64,000 nucleotides of DNA from Vicinamibacterales bacterium (GCA_041394725.1 JAWKHR010000018.1:4359-68358), one strand, 5' to 3'. Positions 9,790-18,865 are shown, numbered from the stretch's first letter. Numbers and translations are program-made. The notes: a model not told the origin generated them from the sequence alone.

Positions 9790-11076
9790 ATGCGCTGGTC
9801 GCTGCTGACGGAAATCCTGGCGATGTCGTTCGACACCCTGCGGACGAACAAGCTCCGCTCGGCGCTCACCGTCCTCGGCATCGTGATCGGCATCACGTCG
9901 ATCGTCGGCATCACGTCGCTCGTGCGCGGCTTCGACGAGTCGATCAAGGACCTCATCCGCCAGATCGGGCCGGACACGATCATGGTGCAGAAGTTCTCGG
10001 GCATCAGCTTCGGGTCCGGCGCCGACTTCGAGACGCTGCTCCGCCGGCCCAACGTCACGCCGGCCGACGCCGAGGCCATCGAGCAGGACGCCCCGTCGAT
10101 CGAGGTCGTCGACGTCATGTTCGGCGGCGGCGGCCCGGGCGGCGTGCAGCAGGAGCGGGTCTACTACCGCGGGCAGCGATCGCCGCCCGCCGTCGTCTTC
10201 GGCACCACCGACCGCTGGCCCTACGTCAATCAGCTCGAGGTCGAGTCCGGGCGGTTCTTCACCGCCGCCGAGCTCCAGCGGCGCCAGTTCGTGTGCCTGA
10301 TCGGCCAGAGCGTCAAGACCGCGCTCTTCCCCATCGAGGATCCGATCGGCCGGCAGGTCCGCGTCGGGCTCTACCGCTTCACCGTCATCGGCGTGATGGC
10401 CAAGCGGCCGAGCCCGGGCGGCTTCGACACGGGCGTGGACAACTTCGTCGTCGTGCCCCACACGACCTACCAGAAGATGTACGGCATCCGCGCGAACTTC
10501 GCCGATCGCGGCTCGACGCGCAGCGTGGTCATCGCCGCCGTGCCGCGCGAGGGCGTGCCGCGCGAGCAGGCGATGCAGGAGGTCGAGGAGATCATGCGGG
10601 TCCGCCACGGCCTGCGCCTGGACCAGCCGAACGACTTCGACCTGGTCACCCAGGACGCCGTGCTCGACTTCTACGAGCAGATCACCCAGGCCGTCTTCCT
10701 CGCGCTGGTCGTCCTCTCGTCGATCGCCCTGATGGTCGGCGGCATCGGCGTGATGAGCATCATGACGATCAGCGTCACCGAACGCACGCGCGAGATCGGC
10801 GTCCGCAAGGCGCTCGGCGCCCGGCGGGTCGAGGTGCTCTGGCAGTTCCTGCTCGAGGCCGTCTTCCTGACGTCGGTCGGCGGCCTGCTCGGCATCCTCA
10901 TCGGCGCCAGCGTCGGCCTGGCCATCCACTTCGGCACCGGCTTCCCCGTCTCGCTGCCCTGGTGGTCGTTCGCCATCGGCATCGGCTTCTCGGCGGGCGT
11001 CGGCGTCTTCTTCGGCATGGTGCCCGCCATCCGCGCCTCCCGGCTGGACCCGATCGAGGCGTTCGAGGTACAGTAG
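9790..11076 (+). CDS. ABC-transporter permease, MacB/FtsX type (second copy)
   Basis: 428 aa paralog of the preceding gene (NKLRSALTVLGIVIGITSIV ... ERTREIGVRKALGARRVEVLWQ ... PAIRASRLDPIEAFEVQ). It starts 3 nt after the previous stop. Confidence 0.85.
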   Translation: MRWSLLTEILAMSFDTLRTNKLRSALTVLGIVIGITSIVGITSLVRGFDESIKDLIRQIGPDTIMVQKFSGISFGSGADFETLLRRPNVTPADAEAIEQDAPSIEVVDVMFGGGGPGGVQQERVYYRGQRSPPAVVFGTTDRWPYVNQLEVESGRFFTAAELQRRQFVCLIGQSVKTALFPIEDPIGRQVRVGLYRFTVIGVMAKRPSPGGFDTGVDNFVVVPHTTYQKMYGIRANFADRGSTRSVVIAAVPREGVPREQAMQEVEEIMRVRHGLRLDQPNDFDLVTQDAVLDFYEQITQAVFLALVVLSSIALMVGGIGVMSIMTISVTERTREIGVRKALGARRVEVLWQFLLEAVFLTSVGGLLGILIGASVGLAIHFGTGFPVSLPWWSFAIGIGFSAGVGVFFGMVPAIRASRLDPIEAFEVQ

Positions 11077-11091
11077 GGACCTTCGGGTCCC
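11076..11091 (+). terminator. Stem-loop at the stop codon of the permease gene (terminator candidate)
   Basis: GGGACC-TTCG-GGTCCC is a perfect 6-bp stem with a TTCG loop that begins within the TAG stop. No U-tract follows. Confidence 0.3.
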
Positions 11092-11323
11092 AGCGTCCCG
11101 GGATCCGGATGCAGGGGCAGTGTCCCTGCCGGACCCTCCGGCCTCCCGGGGCTCAGGCTCCGCGCCGCTGGCCCTCACTCGGCCCCCGGCCCCTCCCGAG
11201 CCCGCCCCGCAGGAAGCCCGACCCCTCGAACCCTCGCCCGCGGGACCTTCAGCCCCGGGGCCCCAGAACCCTCAGCTGACCCAGGGCCTTCCCCTTGTAT
11301 GATTCATAAAGGAGGCATCCCCT

Positions 11324-13420
11324 ATGAGGGTCTTCGACGCGGCGGGCATCCGGAACGTGGCACTGGTGGGGCACAGCGGTTCGGGGAAGACGCAGCTCGC
11401 CTCCATGCTCCTGTTCGATGCCGGCGCCGTGACCCGGTTCGGCAAGGTGGATGACGGCACCACCGTCACGGACTACGACGAGGAAGCCGTCGCCCGCAAA
11501 CACACCCTCGCGGCCTGTCCCGCCTTCCTCGAGTGGAACAAGACCAAGATCAACCTGATCGACACGCCCGGCATCGGCAACTTCCTGAGCGACGCGCGCG
11601 CCGCGCTGCGCGCGGTGGACGCGGCGCTGGTGGTCGTCGATGCGGTCGCCGGCGTCGAGGTGTCCACGGAGAAGGTCTGGTCCATGGCCGAGGAGTTCGG
11701 CCTGCCCCGGCTGATCGTGCTGAACCGCCTGGACCGTGAGCGCGCCAGCCTCGATCGCGCCCTGGACTCGATGCGCGAGACGCTCGGGCGCGCCGTCATT
11801 CCCGTCCAGCTGCCGATCGGCGAGGAGCAGCAGTTCACCGGCGTCGTCGACCTGGTGGCCATGAAGGCGTACACGTTCGCCGGCGACGAGTCGGGTTCGA
11901 TGACCGAGGGCGCGGTGCCGGACGCGATGGCCGACGCGGCCTCGACCGCCCGCGAGGCGCTGATCGAGATGGTCGCCGAGGCCGACGAGACGCTGATGGA
12001 ACGGTTCTTCGAGGCCGGCACGCTGACCCAGGACGAGCTGGCCACGGGCCTCGCGTCCGCCGTCGCGCGCGGCGCCCTCTTCCCGGTCTACTGCACGTCC
12101 GCGCTCCGCAACGTCGGCGGCCCGCCGCTCGCCGACGCCATCGTCACGTGCGTGCCCTCGGCCGCCGACCGCGCGTTCCCCGGCCTCGACGCGTCCGGCG
12201 CCCCGGCCGCCCGCCAGGCCGATCCGGCCCAGCCCCTGGCGCTGTGGGTCTGGAAGACCGTCGCCGATCCCTTCGCCGGCCGCATCACGCTGTTCCGCGT
12301 CATCTCCGGCGTGCTCAAGTCGGACGCGACCGTCGCGAACGTCACGCGCGACCAGTCCGAGCGATTCGGGCACCTGCTGGTCGTGCAGGGCAAGACGCAC
12401 ACACACGTGGCGGAACTGCGGGCGGGCGATCTGGGCGCGGTGGCCAAGCTCAAGGACACGCACACGAGCGACACGCTCGGCGACGCGTCGGCCGGCTTCA
12501 CCGTGCCGCCGATCCGGTTCCCGGAACCGGTGCTGTCCTACGCGATCGAGCCGAAGACCCGCGGCGACGAGGACAAGATCGGCACGGCGATGCAGCGGCT
12601 GCGCGAGGAGGACCCGTCGATCGGCTACGGCCGCGACGAGCAGACGCACGAGCTGCTGCTCTCGGGCCAGGGCCAGCTCCACATCGAGGTCACGGTGGCG
12701 AAGCTGCGGCGTCGCTTCAACGTCGAGGTCAACCTCAAGCCGCCGCGGATCGCCTACCGGGAGACGATCACCGCGCGCGTCGAGGCGCACGGGCGCCACA
12801 AGAAGCAGACCGGCGGCCACGGCCAGTTCGGGGACTGCAAGATCCGCATGGAACCGCTCGGGCGCGGCGGCGACTTCGTGTTCGAGGACGACATCTTCGG
12901 CGGCGCGATCCCGCGCCAGTTCGTGCCGGCCGTCGAGAAGGGCATCCAGGAGGCCCGGATGCGCGGCTACCTGGCCGGCTATCCGGTCGTGGACTTCAAG
13001 GCCACGGTCTACGACGGGTCGTACCACGACGTGGACTCCAACGAGATGTCGTTCAAGATGGCGGGCCGGCTCGCGTTCAAGGACGCGATGTCGCGCGCCC
13101 GGCCCACCCTGCTCGAGCCCGTGATGTCCGTCGAGGTGTCCGCCCCGTCCGACTTCGCGGGCGACCTGATGGGCGACCTCAACAGCCGCCGCGGCCGGAT
13201 CTCGGGCATGGACACGCGGGGGTCCTCCACGCTCATCAAGGCCACGGTGCCGATGGCCGAGATGCTGACCTACGAGCAGACCCTCACGTCGACGACCGGC
13301 GGGCGCGGGGCCTACCACATGGAGTTCTCGCACTACGACGAGGTACCCGCACACCTGCACGCGAAGATCATCGCGGCCTCGAAGGCCGAGCGCGGCGAGG
13401 CGCCCGACGACGAGGAATGA
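11324..13420 (+). CDS. Elongation factor G paralog (EF-G-like GTPase, non-canonical G3 motif)
   Basis: 698 aa, with AAGGAGG 8 nt upstream of the ATG. Full EF-G domain order. Motifs are G1 GHSGSGKT, G3 DTPGIGNF (canonical fusA in this window has DTPGHVDF), G4 NRLD (canonical NKMD), and SAL. Confidence 0.85.
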   Translation: MRVFDAAGIRNVALVGHSGSGKTQLASMLLFDAGAVTRFGKVDDGTTVTDYDEEAVARKHTLAACPAFLEWNKTKINLIDTPGIGNFLSDARAALRAVDAALVVVDAVAGVEVSTEKVWSMAEEFGLPRLIVLNRLDRERASLDRALDSMRETLGRAVIPVQLPIGEEQQFTGVVDLVAMKAYTFAGDESGSMTEGAVPDAMADAASTAREALIEMVAEADETLMERFFEAGTLTQDELATGLASAVARGALFPVYCTSALRNVGGPPLADAIVTCVPSAADRAFPGLDASGAPAARQADPAQPLALWVWKTVADPFAGRITLFRVISGVLKSDATVANVTRDQSERFGHLLVVQGKTHTHVAELRAGDLGAVAKLKDTHTSDTLGDASAGFTVPPIRFPEPVLSYAIEPKTRGDEDKIGTAMQRLREEDPSIGYGRDEQTHELLLSGQGQLHIEVTVAKLRRRFNVEVNLKPPRIAYRETITARVEAHGRHKKQTGGHGQFGDCKIRMEPLGRGGDFVFEDDIFGGAIPRQFVPAVEKGIQEARMRGYLAGYPVVDFKATVYDGSYHDVDSNEMSFKMAGRLAFKDAMSRARPTLLEPVMSVEVSAPSDFAGDLMGDLNSRRGRISGMDTRGSSTLIKATVPMAEMLTYEQTLTSTTGGRGAYHMEFSHYDEVPAHLHAKIIAASKAERGEAPDDEE

Positions 13421-13472
13421 CGGGGTCGATCCGGTCTTGTACGCCCTGAAACGAAGATGCCAGAATAGGGCG

Positions 13473-14621
13473 ATGTCCCCCGACGAGCGGATCCCACGCG
13501 GCCCGGCCCGGGCCGGTCGCCGCGCCGCGCCCGGCGCCGGCGCGGCGATCGTCGGCCCGGCGTTCGTCGCCGGCGTCCTGCTCGCCGGTGCCATCGTCGC
13601 CGGTGCCCCCATCGTCGCCGCGCAGGGCGGCGCCACTCAGGGCGGCGCCACGCAGGGCGGCGCCACGCAGGACGGCGCCAGGGACCAACGTCCGCCGTTC
13701 GCCGAATGGCTCGCCGGCCTGCGCGCCGAGGCCGTCTCGGCGGGTATCTCCGAAGCCGTCGTCGACTCGGCGCTCGCCACCATCGAGGAGCCGAGTGCGG
13801 TGGTCGTCACGCGGGACCGGTCGCAGCCCGAACGCGTGCAGACGCTCGACAGCTACGTGAGCCAGTGGCTCACGAGCCGGACGACGGCGACGGCGACGCG
13901 GATGGCGGGGACGCACGCCTCGCTGCTTGCCCGTGTGGCCGACGCCTACGGACCGCCCGCGCCGATCCTGGTTTCCGTCTGGGGCCTCGAGTCGAACTTC
14001 GGCCGTTTCACCGGCACCTATCCGACCGTCAACGCGCTCGCGACGCTCGCCTACGACCCGCGCCGTTCGCGGCTCTTCCGCACCGAGCTGCTCGAGGCCC
14101 TCAGGATCCTCGAGCGCGGCGACATCTCGATCGACCGGATGAAGGGCTCGTGGGCCGGCGCGATGGGCCAGCCCCAGTTCATGCCGTCGAGCTACCTGAA
14201 ACACGCCGTCGACTTCGATGGCGACGGCCGCACCGACATCTGGACCAGCCCGCCCGATGTGTTCGCGTCAATCGGCAACTACCTGAAGAACGCCGGCTGG
14301 GCGCCCGGCGAGCGGTGGGGGCGCGAGGTGCGGATCTCGCGCGACGTCATGGACGCCATCGACCGGGACGTGCCGATGCGCACGGCCGGGTGCGGCGCGC
14401 TGCGCGAGATGACCGTGGCCCGCCCGCTCGCCGACTGGCGGCGGCTCGGTGTCCGCCTGGCCGGAGGCGGGGCCCTGCCGGTGGCGGACATGAGCGCCTC
14501 GCTCGTCCGGGGCCGCAACCGCCACTTCCTCGTGTACCGGAACTACCTCGCGATCCTCGACTACAACTGCTCGAACGCCTACGCGGTCAGCGTCGGCCTG
14601 CTCTCCGACCGCCTCTGGTAG
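13473..14621 (+). CDS. Lytic murein transglycosylase (MltB / SLT_2 family)
   Basis: ORF 13437..14621 (TTG). ATG 13473 is more likely. Has an N-terminal anchor, WGLESNFGRFTG, MGQPQFMPSSYL, DFDGDGRTDIW and a C-terminal ILDYNCSNAYAVSVGLL, which is typical of this family. Confidence 0.8.
   Translation: MSPDERIPRGPARAGRRAAPGAGAAIVGPAFVAGVLLAGAIVAGAPIVAAQGGATQGGATQGGATQDGARDQRPPFAEWLAGLRAEAVSAGISEAVVDSALATIEEPSAVVVTRDRSQPERVQTLDSYVSQWLTSRTTATATRMAGTHASLLARVADAYGPPAPILVSVWGLESNFGRFTGTYPTVNALATLAYDPRRSRLFRTELLEALRILERGDISIDRMKGSWAGAMGQPQFMPSSYLKHAVDFDGDGRTDIWTSPPDVFASIGNYLKNAGWAPGERWGREVRISRDVMDAIDRDVPMRTAGCGALREMTVARPLADWRRLGVRLAGGGALPVADMSASLVRGRNRHFLVYRNYLAILDYNCSNAYAVSVGLLSDRLW
13623..13680 (+). 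repeat. 15-bp tandem repeat (about 4 copies) encoding (QGGAT)n
   Basis: The sequence is CAGGGCGGCGCCACT CAGGGCGGCGCCACG CAGGGCGGCGCCACG CAGGACGGCGCCA. It is in-frame in the linker after the membrane anchor of the transglycosylase. Confidence 0.85.
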
Positions 14622-14643
14622 CACGGATTCGCCACGCACAGGA

Positions 14644-14672
14644 TTGACAGTGCGCGATCGGGTCGGTACGCT
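14644..14672 (+). promoter_or_regulatory. sigma-70-type promoter candidate for the second adaptor/permease pair
   Basis: TTGACA (14644-14649), a 17-nt spacer, then TACGCT (14667-14672). It lies about 130 nt upstream of the GTG 14805 start. Confidence 0.45.
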
Positions 14673-14804
14673 GACTGCACCTCCCCACTGATCGGTGCCC
14701 GCGGCACCGCTGGCGCTGCCGTCGATCTTCCCTGGACCGGTTCTTGCTGCAATCGTCCTCAGGGCCCGGCGGACGCGCCGGTGTCCCGTGCACGAGGAGG
14801 ACCC

Positions 14805-15944
14805 GTGCGGCGAAGCCTGACCTACCTTGCCGCCGGCATGACGGCCGGAGTGACGCTCCTGGGCGCCTGGATCTGGCTGGGCTCGCGCCCGTCAGCCGAG
14901 CCCGAGCCGCGCGTCACGTACACCGTCGGCACCGCCCCCATCGAGGAGACGCTCGTCGCCTCCGGCCTGGTGAAACCGGCCGTGACGATGGACGTTCGCG
15001 CCGAGACGTCCGGCCTGGTCGAGGCCGTCCTGGTCCGCGAGGGCGACCAGGTGCGGCGCGGGCAGGTCCTGGCCCGGCTGTCCTCGGCGATGCCCCAGGC
15101 GGCGCTCGACGAGGCCGAGGCCCACCTCCGGCAGGCCCTGCTCCAGGACGAGGCCACCAGGCTCGACCTCGACACGACCAGCGTCGAGCTGAAACGCCGC
15201 GCCTTCGAACGCCAGCAGGCGCTCTACGCGCGCGGCCTGCTCTCGAAGAACGAACTGGACGAGAGCCAGCTGGCGTTGCGCCTCGCCGAGCGCGAGCTGG
15301 AGCGCGGGCGCCGCAGCCGCCAGAGCACCTACGCGCAGGTCGAGGAGGCGCGCGCGGGCGTGGAACGCGCGCAGGCGCAGCTCGACCACACCATCGTGCG
15401 CGCGCCGTTCGACGCCGTCGTGCTCCGTCGCGGCGTGAACGTCGGCAGCGGCGTCTCGGGCGTGGGCCAGTCGGCCGCCGGCGGCACGGTGCTGATGACG
15501 CTCGGCGACGCCAGGCGGTCCGCGTTCCACGCGCGCGTGACGGCCGCCGACGCGCAGCGCCTGCGGCCGGGCCAGCCCGCGCGCATCCGCCTCGACTCGA
15601 AGGACGCGGTCTGGCTCGAGGGCGCCGTGCAGTCGGTCTCGACCGCCGGCGAGCTCGAGGGACCCGGCCGCCTGTCGACGTTCCCGATCGTCGTCGCGCT
15701 GACCGAGTCGGCGAGCGCCTGGGTCAACGTGCCCGCGCGTGCCGAGATCGTGCTCGGCGAGGACCGCACGGCCGTCGTCGTGCCGAGCCGTTGCGTGTGG
15801 ACCGACGCCGACGGCCGCTCCTACGTCGAGATCCGGACGCCCGAAGGCGACGTCCGGCGCGACGTGCAGCTCGGCGCCATCGAGCCCGATCGCATGCAGG
15901 TCCGCACCGGCCTCGAACGGGGCGAGGTCGTCGTCTGCCGGTAG
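14805..15944 (+). CDS. HlyD/MacA-type periplasmic adaptor (second module)
   Basis: ORF 14781..15944. GTG 14805 is preceded by AGGAGG. Has a TM anchor (LTYLAAGMTAGVTLLGAWIWLG), GLVEAVLVREGDQVRRGQVLARL, a coiled coil, and IVRAPFDAVVLRRGVNVG. Confidence 0.8.
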   Translation: MRRSLTYLAAGMTAGVTLLGAWIWLGSRPSAEPEPRVTYTVGTAPIEETLVASGLVKPAVTMDVRAETSGLVEAVLVREGDQVRRGQVLARLSSAMPQAALDEAEAHLRQALLQDEATRLDLDTTSVELKRRAFERQQALYARGLLSKNELDESQLALRLAERELERGRRSRQSTYAQVEEARAGVERAQAQLDHTIVRAPFDAVVLRRGVNVGSGVSGVGQSAAGGTVLMTLGDARRSAFHARVTAADAQRLRPGQPARIRLDSKDAVWLEGAVQSVSTAGELEGPGRLSTFPIVVALTESASAWVNVPARAEIVLGEDRTAVVVPSRCVWTDADGRSYVEIRTPEGDVRRDVQLGAIEPDRMQVRTGLERGEVVVCR

Positions 15945-15951
15945 GCGCGCC

Positions 15952-17226
15952 GTGATCGAACGTCACTCCTGGCTGGCCCGGCGGCGGATCCTCCTCGGCG
16001 CCCTCCTGGCCGACGCGGGACGGAGCCTGGCGACGCGCCGGTTCCAGGCCACCGCCTCGGCCGTGGCGCTCGCCTCCGGCATCACCGCGGTCGCGCTGCT
16101 CGTGTCGGTCGTCTCGGGCCTGCATCGATTCACGGTGGCCACCTTCGCCTCCGCCGGCGGCAACGTCATCGTCGCCACCGCGCAGGCCGACGATGAACGG
16201 CTGCGCGACACGCGCAGCCTGCCCGCGACGCTCCGCGCCGGCGACGAGGCCGCGGTGCTCGCGTCGAGTCCGGCGTTCGACCTGGCCTCGGCCGAAAACC
16301 TCAGCACCCAGCCCGTCACCACCGCCGACCGGCGGTCGGACGCGACCGACGTCCGCGGGATCACCGCCGACGGCTTCGAGATCCTCCAGCTGCACGTGAC
16401 CGGCGGTCGCCTGTTCGTGCCCGAGGAGCAGGCGCAGGGCACGCGGGTCGCGGTCATCGGCGCGCACCTGGCGCGCGCGCTGTTCGGCGCCGAATCGCCG
16501 CTCGGACAGACCGTCGTCGTCGGCGACTGGCCGTTCACGGTGGTCGGGGAGCTCGACTGGGTCGGTGACCCCGAGACCGACCTGCGGTCCGGCCTGGACG
16601 AGACGCTGTTCGTGCCCTTCCGCGCGGCGGCCGATGCCCTGCACGGCGACGACCAGGCGTCCGCGCTGCGGTTCCGGCTGCGGACGACCGACACCGAGGC
16701 GTCGGCGGTCGCCGAGGTCTACGCGGCGCTCGACCGGCAGCGCCGGCTCCGGGGCGAGACCGGCGGCGAGCTTCGGGTGACCAACACGATCCAGCGCCTG
16801 CGCGTGCTGCGGCGGGTGATCGTCGGTCTTCGCATCCTGGCCGTGGTGGTCGGCCTGGTGGGCCTGGTCGCCGGCGCCATGGGCATTGCCAACGTGCTGT
16901 TGATGTCGGTGCGCGAGCGGACCGTGGAGATCGGCATCCGCCGGGCCTTCGGCGCGACGCGGGACGCGGTGTTCGCCGGGTTCCTCTTCGAGGCGCTGGC
17001 GATCGCGCTCGCCGGCGGCGGCGTGGGCCTGGTGGTCGCCTTCGCGATCACGCGGATGGCGGCGGCCGTCCCGCAGCTGCCACCCTCGGCCCGGCCCGAG
17101 ATCTCCGGCACGACGAGCGTGGTGGCCGTCCTGCTGCTCGTGCTGGTCGGACTGATTGCGGGGATCGCGCCGGCGCGCCGGGCCGCGTCCGTGTACCCGG
17201 CCGAGGCCCTGCGTACGGCCGACTGA
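15952..17226 (+). CDS. ABC-transporter permease, MacB/FtsX type (third copy)
   Basis: In-frame part of ORF 15739..17226. GTG 15952 lies just after the adaptor stop. Has a C-terminal FtsX domain (ERTVEIGIRRAFGATRDAVFAGF...PARRAASVYPAEALRTAD). Confidence 0.8.
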   Translation: MIERHSWLARRRILLGALLADAGRSLATRRFQATASAVALASGITAVALLVSVVSGLHRFTVATFASAGGNVIVATAQADDERLRDTRSLPATLRAGDEAAVLASSPAFDLASAENLSTQPVTTADRRSDATDVRGITADGFEILQLHVTGGRLFVPEEQAQGTRVAVIGAHLARALFGAESPLGQTVVVGDWPFTVVGELDWVGDPETDLRSGLDETLFVPFRAAADALHGDDQASALRFRLRTTDTEASAVAEVYAALDRQRRLRGETGGELRVTNTIQRLRVLRRVIVGLRILAVVVGLVGLVAGAMGIANVLLMSVRERTVEIGIRRAFGATRDAVFAGFLFEALAIALAGGGVGLVVAFAITRMAAAVPQLPPSARPEISGTTSVVAVLLLVLVGLIAGIAPARRAASVYPAEALRTAD

Positions 17227-17260
17227 GGCCTGGTTCCAGCGGAGGCTGCGGGACCTCGGT

Positions 17261-18232
17261 TCAGTTCCAGCGGAGGCCGCGGAGCTGGTCGAGGTCGAGG
17301 TTGCCGCCGCTCAGCACGCAGGCCACGCGCGACCCGGCGGGCGCCTGGACCAGGCCGTGCAGCAGCGCCGCCACGGGCGCCGCCGCCGCGCCTTCCGGCA
17401 CCAGCTTCGCGTAGTGCATGATCCAGCGGACGGCGTCGAAGATGGCCTCGTCGGGCAGGGTCACGATGTCGTCCACGTAGCGCCGGATGATCTCGAACGT
17501 CCGTTCACCCACGCGCTTCACGCGCAGCCCGTCGATGACGCAGTCCACCCGGTCGAGCGTCACCAGCCGGCCGGCCCGGACGCTCTGCTGCATGGCCGGC
17601 GCCCCTGACGACTCGACGCCGATCACGCGGACGTTCGGGTTCCGGCTCTTGAGCGCCATGACGCTGCCCGAGAGCAGCCCGCCGCCGCCGATGGGCACGA
17701 CCACGACGTCCACCTCGGGCCAGTCCTGGTGGATCTCCAGGCCGACGGTGCCCTGCCCCATGATGAGCTGCTCGTCGTCGAAGGGGTGCACGTAGGTATA
17801 GCCGTGTTCGGCGACCAGGGCCTTCGCCTTCTCGTTGGCCTCGTCCCAGATCGTGCCGTGGAGCACGACCTCGGCGCCGTATCCGCGCGTCGCCTCGATC
17901 TTCGACCGGGTCGCGTTCTCGGCCATGCAGACGACGGCCTTGATGCCGTGGATCCTCGCGGCGAGGGCGACGCCCTGGGCGTGGTTGCCGGCCGACGAGC
18001 AGATGACGCCGCGCGCCTTCTGCTCGGGGGAGAGGAACGAGAACTTGTTGAGGGGGCCGCGGATCTTGTAGGAGCCGGTGCGCTGGAACAGCTCGGCCTT
18101 GAGGCGCACGTCGAATCCCGTCCGCTCGCTGAGCGTCCGGGACTCGACCAGTGGGGTGTGCCTGACGTGAGGCCGCATGCGCTCGCGGGCCTCCTCGAAG
18201 GCGGCGGCGGGCGGAAGAGGATAGTCGGTCAC
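17261..18232 (-). CDS. Threonine/serine dehydratase (PLP-dependent, short form without ACT domain)
   Basis: 323 aa. Has FQRTGSYKIRGPLNKF (PLP-Lys motif), SAGNHAQGVALAA, and the GGGGL loop VVPIGGGGLLSG. Confidence 0.85.
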   Translation of the reverse strand: MTDYPLPPAAAFEEARERMRPHVRHTPLVESRTLSERTGFDVRLKAELFQRTGSYKIRGPLNKFSFLSPEQKARGVICSSAGNHAQGVALAARIHGIKAVVCMAENATRSKIEATRGYGAEVVLHGTIWDEANEKAKALVAEHGYTYVHPFDDEQLIMGQGTVGLEIHQDWPEVDVVVVPIGGGGLLSGSVMALKSRNPNVRVIGVESSGAPAMQQSVRAGRLVTLDRVDCVIDGLRVKRVGERTFEIIRRYVDDIVTLPDEAIFDAVRWIMHYAKLVPEGAAAAPVAALLHGLVQAPAGSRVACVLSGGNLDLDQLRGLRWN

Positions 18233-18271
18233 GTCGCCACCTCCGCGCGGCGCGGGGCCGCGGTCACGAAT

Positions 18272-18865
18272 CTAGCTGCCGCCCGCCTTGCGGGGCGTGG
18301 ACACCTTCTTGCCGGCGCCCTTCGCGGCCTTGGACACCTTCGCCTTGCTCTTGCCGTCCTCGGCCGACGCGGCCTTCTTGCGGCCGCCGCCGAGGGCCTC
18401 GCGCAGCCGGCCGCCCACGCCCTTCTTCTTCGGCTTCTCGGCCTCGCTCTTCGCGGCCTCGGTCTCGGCGTCCGGGTTGTACTCGCTGCCGAGCAGCTCG
18501 AGCGCGGCCATGTCGGCCGCGTCACCGCGACGGTGCCCGAGCCGCAGGATGCGCGTGTAGCCGCCCGCGCGCTCCGCGTACCGCGGCGCGATCGTGTCGA
18601 ACAGCTTCTTCACGACGTCGCGGTCGGCGATGTCGCGCGCGACCATCCGGCGGGCGGTCACGCCCCGGCTGCTCTGCTCGGGCGCGTCGAGGCTGCGACG
18701 CGCGATCGTGATGAGCCGCTCGACGAACGGCCGCAGCTCCTTCGCCTTCGGGACGGTGGTCTGCACCCGCTCGTGGCGGATGAGCGCGGTGGCCTGGTTG
18801 CGGAGCAGCGAGATGCGATGCTCCGTGACCCGACCCAGTTTCCGGTATGCCACTCTGTGACGCAT
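18272..18865 (-). CDS. rplQ: 50S ribosomal protein L17 (with Lys/Ala-rich C-terminal extension)
   Basis: Begins MRHRVAYRKLGRVTEHRISLLRNQATALIRHERVQTT. It is last in the alpha operon. 197 aa, with the tail ...KKKGVGG..KSKAKVSKAAKGAGKK. Confidence 0.95.
   Translation of the reverse strand: MRHRVAYRKLGRVTEHRISLLRNQATALIRHERVQTTVPKAKELRPFVERLITIARRSLDAPEQSSRGVTARRMVARDIADRDVVKKLFDTIAPRYAERAGGYTRILRLGHRRGDAADMAALELLGSEYNPDAETEAAKSEAEKPKKKGVGGRLREALGGGRKKAASAEDGKSKAKVSKAAKGAGKKVSTPRKAGGS

Noticed and set aside
11120-11302. 60-aa Pro-rich ORF between the permease and the EF-G paralog
   Set aside because: It is low-complexity (P/A/S/G), has no RBS, and lies in a region that more plausibly holds a terminator hairpin and the EF-G-paralog promoter.
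7166-13636. Long minus-strand ORFs 7166..9121, 9730..11178 and 11249..13636
   Set aside because: They are antisense to the adaptor, the permeases and the EF-G paralog, are compositionally biased (R/D/A/G/H), and have no motifs.
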